26,913 nucleotides of DNA from positions 1 to 26,913 of IMG/VR virus record IMGVR_UViG_3300032373_000095; one strand, 5' to 3'. Both the position numbers and the translations under genes were made by a program. A model generated the notes under the pieces. That model ran no database searches, had not been told where the DNA came from, and saw only the letters and a program-made list of their open reading frames with translations. Of this stretch, positions 1 through 7,749 are shown in pieces; the stretch's first letter is position 1; every line of letters begins with the position of its first letter. This DNA is from a virus. Its lineage: Duplodnaviria > Caudoviricetes.

Positions 1-1176
1 TACACGCTGGTTAAGGCTACCTCTGCCTTCACCGGCAAGGTAGAGGACTGAGCCCATGACCATGACATCCCCAAACACGCGCTTGTGTTCAAAGGCGAAG
101 CCCTGGCAGACAGACAGAGCTATGTCCAATGCAAGGAAAGATTTGAATGTACCTGGAGCCCCAAACATGAGGCAGTGTGTCTCTTCCTGTATGAGCCCTT
201 CGATGACCCACTCAGGTTTTTTGATCTGCTTCATACCCCAACGGTTAGTGATCCTGAAATGATGACCGTCCGTTATGGTGATAGCTTTACCGCCTTTGAC
301 TTCTTCGGCGCGGATAACCGGCTCAAACATTTCCTTGCGCTCTTGCCTCTTCGCTTCCTTGTAGGCAGGCGTCATGTTCCCCGGCTGTGATGTATTGTAA
401 TCGTGACCGTGTTCAACCTTCGCCAGAAAGTGGTCTAATTCGTCTTCACCCCAAGGCGGGTCACAGCGAGGGTTCCAGTGTTCCCACATTAAATCGAAAG
501 CTGTCTCTTCCGTCAGCCCAAACGATTTCATCATGGCCGCAGTTGCGTATGCCATGTGGTCGCCGCCCTCACCTTCAACAGCTATCTTCGCGTCGTTTTC
601 AAGCCAGTCGATTGCGCTGTCAATATTTTCGTCAAGATCGGGTTCTATGATCCAGGTATTTGCATCCTCTGAACGCTCTCTATGTGAGTTTGCAACTCTG
701 ACCATTTCGTCAGTACGAAACTGCGGCTCACCTTCTGATACCCAAGCGTACTCCCCATCCTTAGTTCTGGAAGGTGGTAGGAGAACGTACCCGTTGAAGG
801 AACGAACGTCCACGTTGGGTGAAATTTTGGAGGCGCTATTTGATACAATTTCGCCATTGTCAAGTTCGTAGATTTCATGCTTACCTCCGCGTGGGGTTGT
901 CTGTCTGAGGTCTGTCCTGGGGGGCTTGCCTAACGCCTTGCGCGTGGCCTTGTAATCAGAGCCGGGGTCATAGTCTAACACCAATAGACCAGCGCCACCG
1001 CAATCGACTGCGATGTTCGCCTTGGGGTGTTTCTTCCACCATTTCTTTATTTGTTTGGGGTTTGTGGTAGCATCTAATACGCCATTGATCGTATGCGGCG
1101 TCTTATCCTTCTTACACGGAAAGATAGGCCAACCCCGATCAGCATATTCAAGTGCTGCCTCAAGTAGTTCGTTCAA
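1..1176 (-). CDS. Bifunctional DNA primase-polymerase (Prim-Pol) fused to RecA-type/AAA_25 helicase; 3' end outside window
   Basis: Not in ORF track (no stop in window). Manual translation from TTG at 1176 (AGGGG RBS upstream): MNELLEAALEYADRGWPIFPCKKDKTP...ATTNPKQIKKWWKKHPKANIAVDCG...LLVLDYDP...TPRGGKH...VDVRSFNGYVLLPPS (Prim-Pol motifs), then PEWVIEGLI...LMFGAPGTFKSFLALDIA (Walker A)...VLYLAGEG. Confidence 0.9.
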   Translation of the reverse strand, partial: MNELLEAALEYADRGWPIFPCKKDKTPHTINGVLDATTNPKQIKKWWKKHPKANIAVDCGGAGLLVLDYDPGSDYKATRKALGKPPRTDLRQTTPRGGKHEIYELDNGEIVSNSASKISPNVDVRSFNGYVLLPPSRTKDGEYAWVSEGEPQFRTDEMVRVANSHRERSEDANTWIIEPDLDENIDSAIDWLENDAKIAVEGEGGDHMAYATAAMMKSFGLTEETAFDLMWEHWNPRCDPPWGEDELDHFLAKVEHGHDYNTSQPGNMTPAYKEAKRQERKEMFEPVIRAEEVKGGKAITITDGHHFRITNRWGMKQIKKPEWVIEGLIQEETHCLMFGAPGTFKSFLALDIALSVCQGFAFEHKRVFGDVMVMGSVLYLAGEGRGSLNQRV

Positions 1177-1212
1177 TGATATCCCCTGAGCCCGTTCTAA
1201 TACTGTATTAAG

Positions 1213-1241
1213 AGTATATCACAGGTAGTATTACTTGTCAA
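1213..1241 (-). promoter_or_regulatory. sigma70-type promoter for the primase gene
   Basis: Minus strand TTGACA-17 bp-TATACT with TG extension. Confidence 0.8.
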
Positions 1242-1248
1242 ACGCCCC

Positions 1249-1277
1249 TTGATATATGGGTTTTACTGTGTTAGCCT
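1249..1277 (+). promoter_or_regulatory. sigma70-type promoter, divergent from the primase promoter
   Basis: TTGATA-17 bp-TAGCCT with TG extension. Confidence 0.55.
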
Positions 1278-1300
1278 ACTAAATGAAGGTCGCATGGGGA

Positions 1301-1401
1301 ATTGCCCGTTCTTCCAGCGCTTGATCTTCGGGCGGGGTGTGTTTCGTCAAAGTCTCGCACCCCGCCTTAGCTAACATGGGCAGAACGGGCGGAAGGGCAA
1401 T
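1301..1401 (+). promoter_or_regulatory. Structured 5' leader RNA
   Basis: GCCCGTTCT 1304-1312 pairs with AGAACGGGC 1382-1390; inner 12-bp stem 1330-1341/1356-1367. Confidence 0.5.
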
Positions 1402-1404
1402 CAA

Positions 1405-1635
1405 ATGACAACACATGCTTTTGAGCCAAGAGAGGACGGTCAGTGTATTTTAATCAGTGGCGGGGTTTACCGTGTCGCTGAACTGTTCTCCCGTGGTGAG
1501 CATATTTATGCTCGTTATGGAGCGGGGTACATCCGTCTATATAAAGGTGGGGGTACTTCCAAGGCAAAGATGAGGTGGGAAGATATCACCATCGACGTTT
1601 ACGCTGACGCCTTCGGGCGCTTAACTATCCACTAG
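1405..1635 (+). CDS. Hypothetical phage protein (76 aa)
   Basis: ATG with purine-rich RBS (GGAAGG), first gene after promoter. Confidence 0.7.
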   Translation: MTTHAFEPREDGQCILISGGVYRVAELFSRGEHIYARYGAGYIRLYKGGGTSKAKMRWEDITIDVYADAFGRLTIH

Positions 1636-1647
1636 GGAGAAACAAAG

Positions 1648-1956
1648 ATGACAAGCAAGACCTGTAATAAGCACGGTGTGTTCTCAACCAGTACCTGCCC
1701 TCAGTGTGGGTCAGTTGGCACCACCATGCCGGAAGTCCCGGCTGTGCAAGAAATGCCCGCCGTGGTCTACCTGTTCACGCCAGAAGAAGACATTACAGCT
1801 TATGAACTGGCACAGTGTACGGCCATGTTGTTCAATTGCCGGGATGGATATAACCCCCGTGAACAGCATAACAAAATGCACCCGATGTCACAGCGGCATT
1901 TCACCGCCAAGCCTTTGACTGATCCGGCGCAGGAATCCCTGCCGCTTGATCGGTAG
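1648..1956 (+). CDS. Hypothetical protein with N-terminal CxxH...CxxC putative Zn ribbon
   Basis: GGGAG RBS; CNKH...CPQC. Confidence 0.7.
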   Translation: MTSKTCNKHGVFSTSTCPQCGSVGTTMPEVPAVQEMPAVVYLFTPEEDITAYELAQCTAMLFNCRDGYNPREQHNKMHPMSQRHFTAKPLTDPAQESLPLDR

Positions 1957-1974
1957 GCAAAACTCTGCTATACT
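1946..1974 (+). promoter_or_regulatory. sigma70-type promoter
   Basis: TTGATC-17 bp-TATACT with TG extension. Confidence 0.7.
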
Positions 1975-2030
1975 GAAAGTTCTACTGACTACCAAAGTTC
2001 GTAAGTTCACTCAAACAGAGGGAAACAAGA

Positions 2031-2342
2031 ATGTATAACATGCTCCGAAAATTCAGTCTGCTCGCTGCGGGCCTGATGCTCATGGGGGTCATTGCGATGG
2101 CTCCCTCACAGGCGTCGGCAAACCAGACCTTTTATCTTACAACCTCCAAAACCTTTGACGCCAGCGTTGTTGCCGGTGTCGCTGTTCCGGGCCTTGTCGA
2201 AGTGGATCACGTGATCTACTCTGAGCGAAGTACAAAGGTCATCGACCTTAAACCGGACAGCCTGAGCTACATCCCTGCCTTTACCCTGGTTGCCGCTGGT
2301 GCGGCCCTGAAAGGGGGTGAAGGCGTCTCGCCGTTTATCTAA
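2031..2342 (+). CDS. Putative secreted/periplasmic protein with Sec signal peptide
   Basis: GAGGG RBS; RK + hydrophobic stretch + ASA cleavage-like motif; own promoter and terminator. Confidence 0.7.
   Translation: MYNMLRKFSLLAAGLMLMGVIAMAPSQASANQTFYLTTSKTFDASVVAGVAVPGLVEVDHVIYSERSTKVIDLKPDSLSYIPAFTLVAAGAALKGGEGVSPFI
2205..2216. repeat. Dispersed palindrome copy 1
   Basis: agtg-GATCACGTGATC-tact. Confidence 0.95.
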
Positions 2343-2376
2343 CCCGCAGGGCGTTCAGACCCTTGCCTACAGCGTG

Positions 2377-2411
2377 AAAGAGGAAGCCTCCCCCGGCTTC
2401 CTCTTTTTTTT
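2377..2411 (+). terminator. Rho-independent terminator
   Basis: AAAGAGGAAGCC/GGCTTCCTCTTT stem then T run. Confidence 0.9.
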
Positions 2412-2416
2412 ATGGG

Positions 2417-2444
2417 TTGCGCTGTTTTCAAAAACCGCTATAAT
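2417..2444 (+). promoter_or_regulatory. sigma70-type promoter
   Basis: TTGCGC-16 bp-TATAAT immediately after terminator. Confidence 0.65.
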
Positions 2445-2532
2445 AGAAGATATAGGGGATTGAACGGGCAAACGATAGCCCCCTAAGTCATACCCCCTGA
2501 TATTTGAACCAAGCCAATCAAGGGGTATCCTC

Positions 2533-3324
2533 ATGGCAAATGCAAAATCCAACAAGAACAAGACAACCGGCAAAGCCAAAGCCAAACCGACCAAGGCCGA
2601 AAAAGCCAAGTCAAAGGCAGATCAGACGAAGGCCAAGCTTCTGGAAAAGCAGAAGAAGGTCACGAAAGAGCTTGAAGGCTCTGCGAAGATCATCAACACC
2701 CGGATGGAAAAATATTACAGTCAGGCTGAAAAAGCCAATGACCACCGGGAAGCTGCCGCCATCGAAGCCGCAGCCGTCAAGGAAAAATGCGAAAGCGTTG
2801 GCCTCAAGTTCAAGAAATGGTGCGCCGACAACCTGACCGGCGATGGCATGGGTTACGACAACATGCGTAAACTCGCAAATGCTGGTGCCTCTGATGATGT
2901 CAGCCTGGCTATTGCCGATATGCGTATCCAGAACGCAGAAAACAACAAAAAAAGCCGTGCCAAAAAAGCAGCAGAAGCTGAAAAAAATAAAAAGGCGGCA
3001 AAGAAAGCAGCCAAGGCGAAGGACAAGCCCGAAGGCGTCATCAACCAAATCGTCGCCCTGTACGAAAAGCTCCAGCAGGAAGACCGTCAGACTGTCTGTA
3101 ACATCGTCATGAAAGACTGCGGTTACGAAGCCGAAGAAGATGATGACGAAGACGACCAGGAAGGTGCCGATGGCGAAACCGAAGAAGACGAAGAAGACGA
3201 AGCGTCGGATGAAACTGAGTCGGAAGAAGAAGATGACGAAGACGACTCCGATGACGAAGACGAAGATGACGACGAAGACGAAGACGACGAGTCCGAGTCT
3301 GATGACGATGATGACGACGAATAG
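2533..3324 (+). CDS. Lys/Ala-rich (histone H1-like) protein with DUF3102-like core and long acidic tail
   Basis: AGGGG RBS; two K/A-rich blocks; core FKKWCADNL...YDNMRKL resembles DUF3102 pattern (by eye); last 65 aa contain 52 D/E. Confidence 0.85.
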   Translation: MANAKSNKNKTTGKAKAKPTKAEKAKSKADQTKAKLLEKQKKVTKELEGSAKIINTRMEKYYSQAEKANDHREAAAIEAAAVKEKCESVGLKFKKWCADNLTGDGMGYDNMRKLANAGASDDVSLAIADMRIQNAENNKKSRAKKAAEAEKNKKAAKKAAKAKDKPEGVINQIVALYEKLQQEDRQTVCNIVMKDCGYEAEEDDDEDDQEGADGETEEDEEDEASDETESEEEDDEDDSDDEDEDDDEDEDDESESDDDDDDE

Positions 3325-3348
3325 GTCAGCATCACTGTCCTGATAATC

Positions 3349-3381
3349 AGGGGCGATCTAAACACAGGTCGCCCCTTTTTT
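3349..3381 (+). terminator. Rho-independent terminator
   Basis: AGGGGCGATCT/AGGTCGCCCCT stem followed by T run. Confidence 0.85.
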
Positions 3382-3406
3382 CTGCCTTGAATCCGAGGAT
3401 TAGGTT

Positions 3407-3772
3407 ATGAAAAAAGCTAAAAAAATAAAGAAACTAACACCTCTCCCCGCCGAGCCGGGGCGCATGGAAATACCGGACTTCCTGATCCGTGACAAGGATA
3501 ACATCCCCAAGCACCTCAAAGGCGCTGACAGGGAAGCCTGGATAGCCTCACAGAAGGTATGGCACAGGAAGCGCGACCTGCCCTCCCTGCCCGCAGCAAA
3601 ACCCTTAAAGAAGGCTGTACGTAAAGCTGTAAAGTCAGTGGTCGCGCCAGAGGTAAAGCCCCTCAAGAAAAAGAAGGTCAGAAAGACCTCAAAGGCGCTG
3701 GATAAAGCTTTTGATATTCTGCTACCAAAGCCTAAACGTAAACTCAAAAAAGTGAGAAGGATAAAGAAATGA
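3407..3772 (+). CDS. Lys-rich basic protein containing MEIPDFLIR motif
   Basis: GAGG RBS; ATGA overlap with next gene. Confidence 0.75.
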   Translation: MKKAKKIKKLTPLPAEPGRMEIPDFLIRDKDNIPKHLKGADREAWIASQKVWHRKRDLPSLPAAKPLKKAVRKAVKSVVAPEVKPLKKKKVRKTSKALDKAFDILLPKPKRKLKKVRRIKK

Positions 3773-4251
3773 AACAGGCAAAAGATATAACCGTCAAGCA
3801 GCACGATAGCCATGATGGCTGTGTTAATATCGTGCTGACCATGGAAGACGGTGAAGAGTGTGTCATGCACATGACCGCCGTAAATGGACTCCGCTTCGCC
3901 GCAGAGATACAGGCCACGGGTGTTGTGGAGTTGACCCTGGACGCAAACAAGCAGACACGCGGGTTTAACGATACATCTGACGTACCAAAGTTTGTAACTG
4001 TTGAAGACGGTTCTGATCTGGAAGCGCTACTCAACAAGCTAGCCAGTGGTATGGGTGACGCGGGCTTCGCCAAGGATCAAGAGCCCGTTGAAGACGACAA
4101 GGACGAAGTGCCGCCAGAAGATCAAGCCCGCGTTGACAGCCGTGGCCCCGGCAACCCATGGGGTAAAGGTACTGGCAAGGCAGTCATGGATAAAGACCTG
4201 AAAGAGCTTGCTGAGAGTGGATCACGTGATCTGTCAAAAACTGAGGAATGA
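3769..4251 (+). CDS. Hypothetical phage protein (160 aa)
   Basis: AAGGA RBS, coupled to upstream gene. Confidence 0.75.
   Translation: MKQAKDITVKQHDSHDGCVNIVLTMEDGEECVMHMTAVNGLRFAAEIQATGVVELTLDANKQTRGFNDTSDVPKFVTVEDGSDLEALLNKLASGMGDAGFAKDQEPVEDDKDEVPPEDQARVDSRGPGNPWGKGTGKAVMDKDLKELAESGSRDLSKTEE
4220..4231. repeat. Dispersed palindrome copy 2
   Basis: agtg-GATCACGTGATC-tgtc. Confidence 0.95.
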
Positions 4252-4257
4252 ATAATT

Positions 4258-4494
4258 ATGAAAACATTCAATACTTATAAACTCAGGGAATTGAGGGAAC
4301 TCATAAACCTGACCCGGACCATGGGCGATGACACTGAGGTTGTTATCCTGCTGGACGAGGCAGGAGACATCACAGCGCCTGTCACAGCCGCCCACATAGC
4401 CACTACCGCCAAGCCAAACAAGATAGCGCTGGCGTGTACCGTCCCGGCTGACTACACCAATTATCTGTTGGGGAGGAAACTGACCAAGGGCTAA
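4258..4494 (+). CDS. Hypothetical phage protein (78 aa)
   Basis: GAGGA RBS, operon position. Confidence 0.7.
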   Translation: MKTFNTYKLRELRELINLTRTMGDDTEVVILLDEAGDITAPVTAAHIATTAKPNKIALACTVPADYTNYLLGRKLTKG

Positions 4495-4529
4495 AACTTC
4501 AACGCATAAAGACATAAGGATATCTTGAT

Positions 4530-4685
4530 ATGGCTAAACGCAGTAGAACACGGGAGCAAATTGTGGCTGAGATTGAAGCCGCTAAAGAAAAACATAACGA
4601 GCTTAAAGCTCAGGTGAGGGATGCCTTGGTTGAACTTGATTGGCTCATTCTTGAGCGTGGAAAATGGGACAAGGACCATGGGTAA
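4530..4685 (+). CDS. Small coiled-coil-like protein (51 aa), not in ORF track
   Basis: TAAGGA RBS; MAKRSRTREQIVAEIEAAKEKHNELKAQVRDALVELDWLILERGKWDKDHG; overlaps start of methyltransferase. Confidence 0.65.
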   Translation: MAKRSRTREQIVAEIEAAKEKHNELKAQVRDALVELDWLILERGKWDKDHG

Positions 4686-5232
4686 ACGTTCAAACTTCGC
4701 AAGAGAAGGTAACGATTACTACCGCACCTTTGATGATCGTGCCGCTATGGCATTGCTCCCCCACGTAGAGAAAGGAGCGACATTCCTTGAGCCCTGTGCA
4801 GGCGCTGGAGACCTTGTAGACAATCTGGAGCGCAATACTACTCTGGAATGCCTTGGGGCGTCTGACGTTGATCCTCAGCCCCGCACGGACAGCATGAAAA
4901 AGCCCATACTACAGCGGAGCGCTCTGGACATCTGGAACACGCAAGCAGACTATATAATTACAAACCCGCCCTGGTCCCGTGGCCAACTCCACAGCCTGAT
5001 TTTCCATTTTAAAAATATCCAGACCACGTGGTTGCTATTCGACGCAAACTGGATATTTACACAGCAGTCAACGCAGTGGTTAAAATACTGTAGCGATATC
5101 GTTGCCTGTGGTCGTCTCAGATGGATACCGGACACGGACCATGACGGAAAGGACGACGCCGCGTGGTATCGGTTCCAACGCAAGCCCGTAAAGCAGACTA
5201 TCTTTCACCCTCGTATAAAACAGGAGGAATAA
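4678..5232 (+). CDS. Amino-DNA methyltransferase (probably N6-adenine)
   Basis: Start revised to ATG 4678 (AAGGA RBS). NDYYRT, SAM-binding motif I FLEPCAGAGDL, catalytic motif IV IITNPPW. Confidence 0.85.
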   Translation: MGKRSNFAREGNDYYRTFDDRAAMALLPHVEKGATFLEPCAGAGDLVDNLERNTTLECLGASDVDPQPRTDSMKKPILQRSALDIWNTQADYIITNPPWSRGQLHSLIFHFKNIQTTWLLFDANWIFTQQSTQWLKYCSDIVACGRLRWIPDTDHDGKDDAAWYRFQRKPVKQTIFHPRIKQEE

Positions 5233-5233
5233 A

Positions 5234-5659
5234 ATGGGTAAAAAAAGCACACTATCAAGGGAAGCCCTTGAAAATATCTGCAAAGCTGACCGCAAGGTTA
5301 TTAAATCTCTCAGGGCAGACCTTGAGCGCTCGCAAACGATCACGGAATCTATACGCGTTGAACTAGGGGAGCGTGATTATAATTTCCGGCAACTTGCCCA
5401 GACGCACAAGGCGGAACTGCGTGAACTGAATGATGACCACAAGAAACAGATCAGTCATCATAACAGTGTTGTTCATGCTCTACAGCAGCAGGTACTCAGG
5501 GCTGAGAAGGACACAGCCCGCCTTGAAGGTTACATAGACAGGGTGAAGGATGAAGACCCACGTACCACCACGGCGGCACCAGAAGACAAGTCAGCGCCCC
5601 CACTCGCCCGCAGACAGTATTTTACAGTGGATAAAAAAACAAACTGGCCCGCCGACTAA
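5234..5659 (+). CDS. Coiled-coil hypothetical protein
   Basis: AGGAGG RBS; heptad-rich sequence. Confidence 0.75.
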   Translation: MGKKSTLSREALENICKADRKVIKSLRADLERSQTITESIRVELGERDYNFRQLAQTHKAELRELNDDHKKQISHHNSVVHALQQQVLRAEKDTARLEGYIDRVKDEDPRTTTAAPEDKSAPPLARRQYFTVDKKTNWPAD

Positions 5660-5676
5660 CCAGACCTGAATTAGAT

Positions 5677-5712
5677 AAAAGAAAAGGGAGGCTAACCATG
5701 CCTCCCTTTTTT
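5677..5712. terminator. Bidirectional terminator between convergent gene blocks
   Basis: AAAAGGGAGGC/GCCTCCCTTTT stem with A run on left and T run on right. Confidence 0.9.
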
Positions 5713-5731
5713 GTGCCTTTTGTAGACCGGC

Positions 5732-6061
5732 TTAACCAGACTTGGCTTTGGCGATTGCGGTACGGGCTTCGACGTATTCGCTAAATGAGGGGTCTGCCAA
5801 AGTTTCCGCGTCGTGCATTGTTTCGTATTCGGAAACCATTTTTTGCAAAGCGGCCAACATATCATAGGAAGCGGATAGCACCATTGCGTTTGCCAGGCAC
5901 TCAGCCTCAGAACGTCTACTGGCTTCTGCTGGCGTAACCACAATACATATGTCAGACGGGGTACTCTTCCCTTTCACATGTGCGGGCTTGACTCCGAGGT
6001 ACCAGTCATCCCCGCTGCGCCAGTTATATACTTCCCACGGTCCCGGTGTATGCTCTGCCAT
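5732..6061 (-). CDS. Conserved small phage protein of the HTPGPW...ANA..LAAL type
   Basis: Start revised to ATG 6061 (GGAGA RBS): MAEHTPGPW...LANAMVLSASYDMLAAL. Confidence 0.75.
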   Translation of the reverse strand: MAEHTPGPWEVYNWRSGDDWYLGVKPAHVKGKSTPSDICIVVTPAEASRRSEAECLANAMVLSASYDMLAALQKMVSEYETMHDAETLADPSFSEYVEARTAIAKAKSG

Positions 6062-6490
6062 ATCAAATCTCCCGTTAAAATTAAACCTGTAAACCATTAT
6101 AACCGCACTAACTAAATTTAGCAATCGCAGTTATAATTAAATTTAGCTTTAAAACACGTTAAAACCCACTTAAAAACGGCCAACAAATCGGCCAACAAAT
6201 CGGCCAACTATTTTAGTTAAATTTAACTTGTTGGTCAATTATTTTAACTTGTTGGTCATTTTGTTGGTCACTGATAACCGTTAGTGGAAGCCAAAAAGGG
6301 TTAAAGTTGGCCGATTTGTTGGCCGATTTGTTGGTCATTTATTTTGGGCTGAATTGGACCTAGTTCATCGACCAACATTGCAGTAAACAGTATATATTCC
6401 ACTCTTAAGGTGGATATATCTGTACTGAATATGGTGAAGATAGGTGGCGCTATTAAATTTATTATAATTAAACTTAAGTGTTTTAGATAA
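6062..6490. repeat. AT-rich non-coding region with iteron-like direct and inverted repeats (candidate replication origin)
   Basis: (CGGCCAACAAAT)x2.7 at 6177-6208; 30-bp perfect inverted repeat 6180-6209/6305-6334; several TTGTTGGTCA copies between and after; AGTTAAATTTAACT palindrome 6215-6228. Confidence 0.7.
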
Positions 6491-6522
6491 AAAAAAGGGA
6501 AGCCCGAAGGCAACCCCCTTTT
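6489..6522 (-). terminator. Rho-independent terminator ending the leftward gene block
   Basis: Minus strand GGGGGTTGCC-TTCG-GGCTTCCC followed by long T run (imperfect stem). Confidence 0.65.
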
Positions 6523-6602
6523 AAGTGGAAGATGTATCTGGTTTAAGCTAGGCGGCTATGGCCTAGTCTAGTTGCGGCTGAGGGTATGAGCGGATCGCGT
6601 AG

Positions 6603-6821
6603 CTAATCTACCTGTCGGTGGATCACGTGATCTGTTTTTGACTGAAGTCTAATATCCCCCTTGACAGGGCGGGACATGATCAAGCTTTGCGTTTCATTTA
6701 TGACGGGATCAGAGAACCCCAGGTCGCGCACAAGGTAACCATGCCCTTTACTTGTGTCCTGATCGGTCATGTAGCTTGAAACGTTCTGTAAAGCATTCTG
6801 GCGTGTTGTTGTGGTTTTCAT
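6603..6821 (-). CDS. Hypothetical protein (72 aa)
   Basis: GGAG RBS, follows upstream gene closely. Confidence 0.55.
   Translation of the reverse strand: MKTTTTRQNALQNVSSYMTDQDTSKGHGYLVRDLGFSDPVINETQSLIMSRPVKGDIRLQSKTDHVIHRQVD
6621..6632. repeat. Dispersed palindrome copy 3
   Basis: ggtg-GATCACGTGATC-tgtt. Confidence 0.95.
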
Positions 6822-6824
6822 GAT

Positions 6825-7745
6825 TTAGACTCCCAGTCCGATTTGTTTAGCGGCAACGGCTTGAACCTTAAGCGGGATCACGTGGCAACCGATTCGCAGG
6901 GTTCCCTCTTCTGTGATCTTGTCCAGACTGTAATGCCCTATCGCGTGGCGCTTGACAGGGCTAAAAGCTTTCCCTGTGGCCTTGCATACCCGCGCAAGCC
7001 TGAAAAGAGCCACAGCCTGCCTTAGCGGGACACTGACACCCCATGTAGTTTGCACTTGATCCCCTTTAACCCGCACGTAAGGGATTCGGGTATGTGCGGG
7101 GCGGATATCAGAGCCTGAGAGCCATGCCTTAAGCTTTCCCCTGTCTGCCTTGTCGCGGGCTTCCTGTTTAAGCTTCTGGTCTGCCCGCCAGGCTTCTATC
7201 AGGCTGTCCATATTTTCAGGACGCTCTAACTGGCGTTTGCCAAGCTTGAACACACGGGTGTAGAGATTAGCTTCATTCCGTGCGTGGTCCGCTGCGTGTA
7301 TGTAGTCCATTTTGCGACCACGTGCACGGCTTGCCTTGTCCAGATTTGTTTTAATCTCTTCCAGGTACGCGGCGTAGTTCGCCAAGTGAGCTTGCATCAT
7401 GCGGCGTTGCCCATAAAAATAACGGTCTGTTAGATTAGGGACATAAAAAACATGGTCAATGTAAGCAGGGATTGCCCGCCTTGTGTATGTTTGGTGTTTT
7501 GACGTGCTAACACTGTAATCAGAAGAGTTAAACAGGACCACTTGCCGGACTTGCTGATCATATTCCGGTTTTGTCTCTTCTTTGTTAAGCCCTACATACG
7601 GCGCGGGGGGATCAATGAAGCGGGCAATCGGGAAATGATGGCCATAGCTATAAATTGTGTCTCCTTCATAAAACATGTTAAAGCCATTCCTGCCCTGCCC
7701 TGTTTTATGCGCCCAGTTGTGACAAACGTCATTATGTGAAGTCAT
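6825..7745 (-). CDS. Phage early-type protein of unknown function (306 aa)
   Basis: Long ORF with shared leader; motifs VCHNWAH, FYEGDTIYSYGHHFPIA, YSVSTSKHQ, IGCHVI resemble uncharacterised phage proteins. Confidence 0.85.
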   Translation of the reverse strand: MTSHNDVCHNWAHKTGQGRNGFNMFYEGDTIYSYGHHFPIARFIDPPAPYVGLNKEETKPEYDQQVRQVVLFNSSDYSVSTSKHQTYTRRAIPAYIDHVFYVPNLTDRYFYGQRRMMQAHLANYAAYLEEIKTNLDKASRARGRKMDYIHAADHARNEANLYTRVFKLGKRQLERPENMDSLIEAWRADQKLKQEARDKADRGKLKAWLSGSDIRPAHTRIPYVRVKGDQVQTTWGVSVPLRQAVALFRLARVCKATGKAFSPVKRHAIGHYSLDKITEEGTLRIGCHVIPLKVQAVAAKQIGLGV

Positions 7746-7749
7746 GGTC

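Noticed and set aside
56-878. Short ORFs listed in the track over 56-878
   Set aside because: All overlap the primase-helicase reading frame on the minus strand.
2466-2481. GGGCAAAC resembling the start of a c-di-GMP-I riboswitch
   Set aside because: No GNRA-capped stem or downstream GCAAAGC/P2 element.
3123-3365. Poly-Ser ORF on minus strand and other frames overlapping 2533-3324
   Set aside because: Shadow of the GAY/GAR-rich acidic tail; no independent expression signals.
6177-6336. Possible CRISPR-like array
   Set aside because: 12-bp tandem units without unique spacers; no cas genes.
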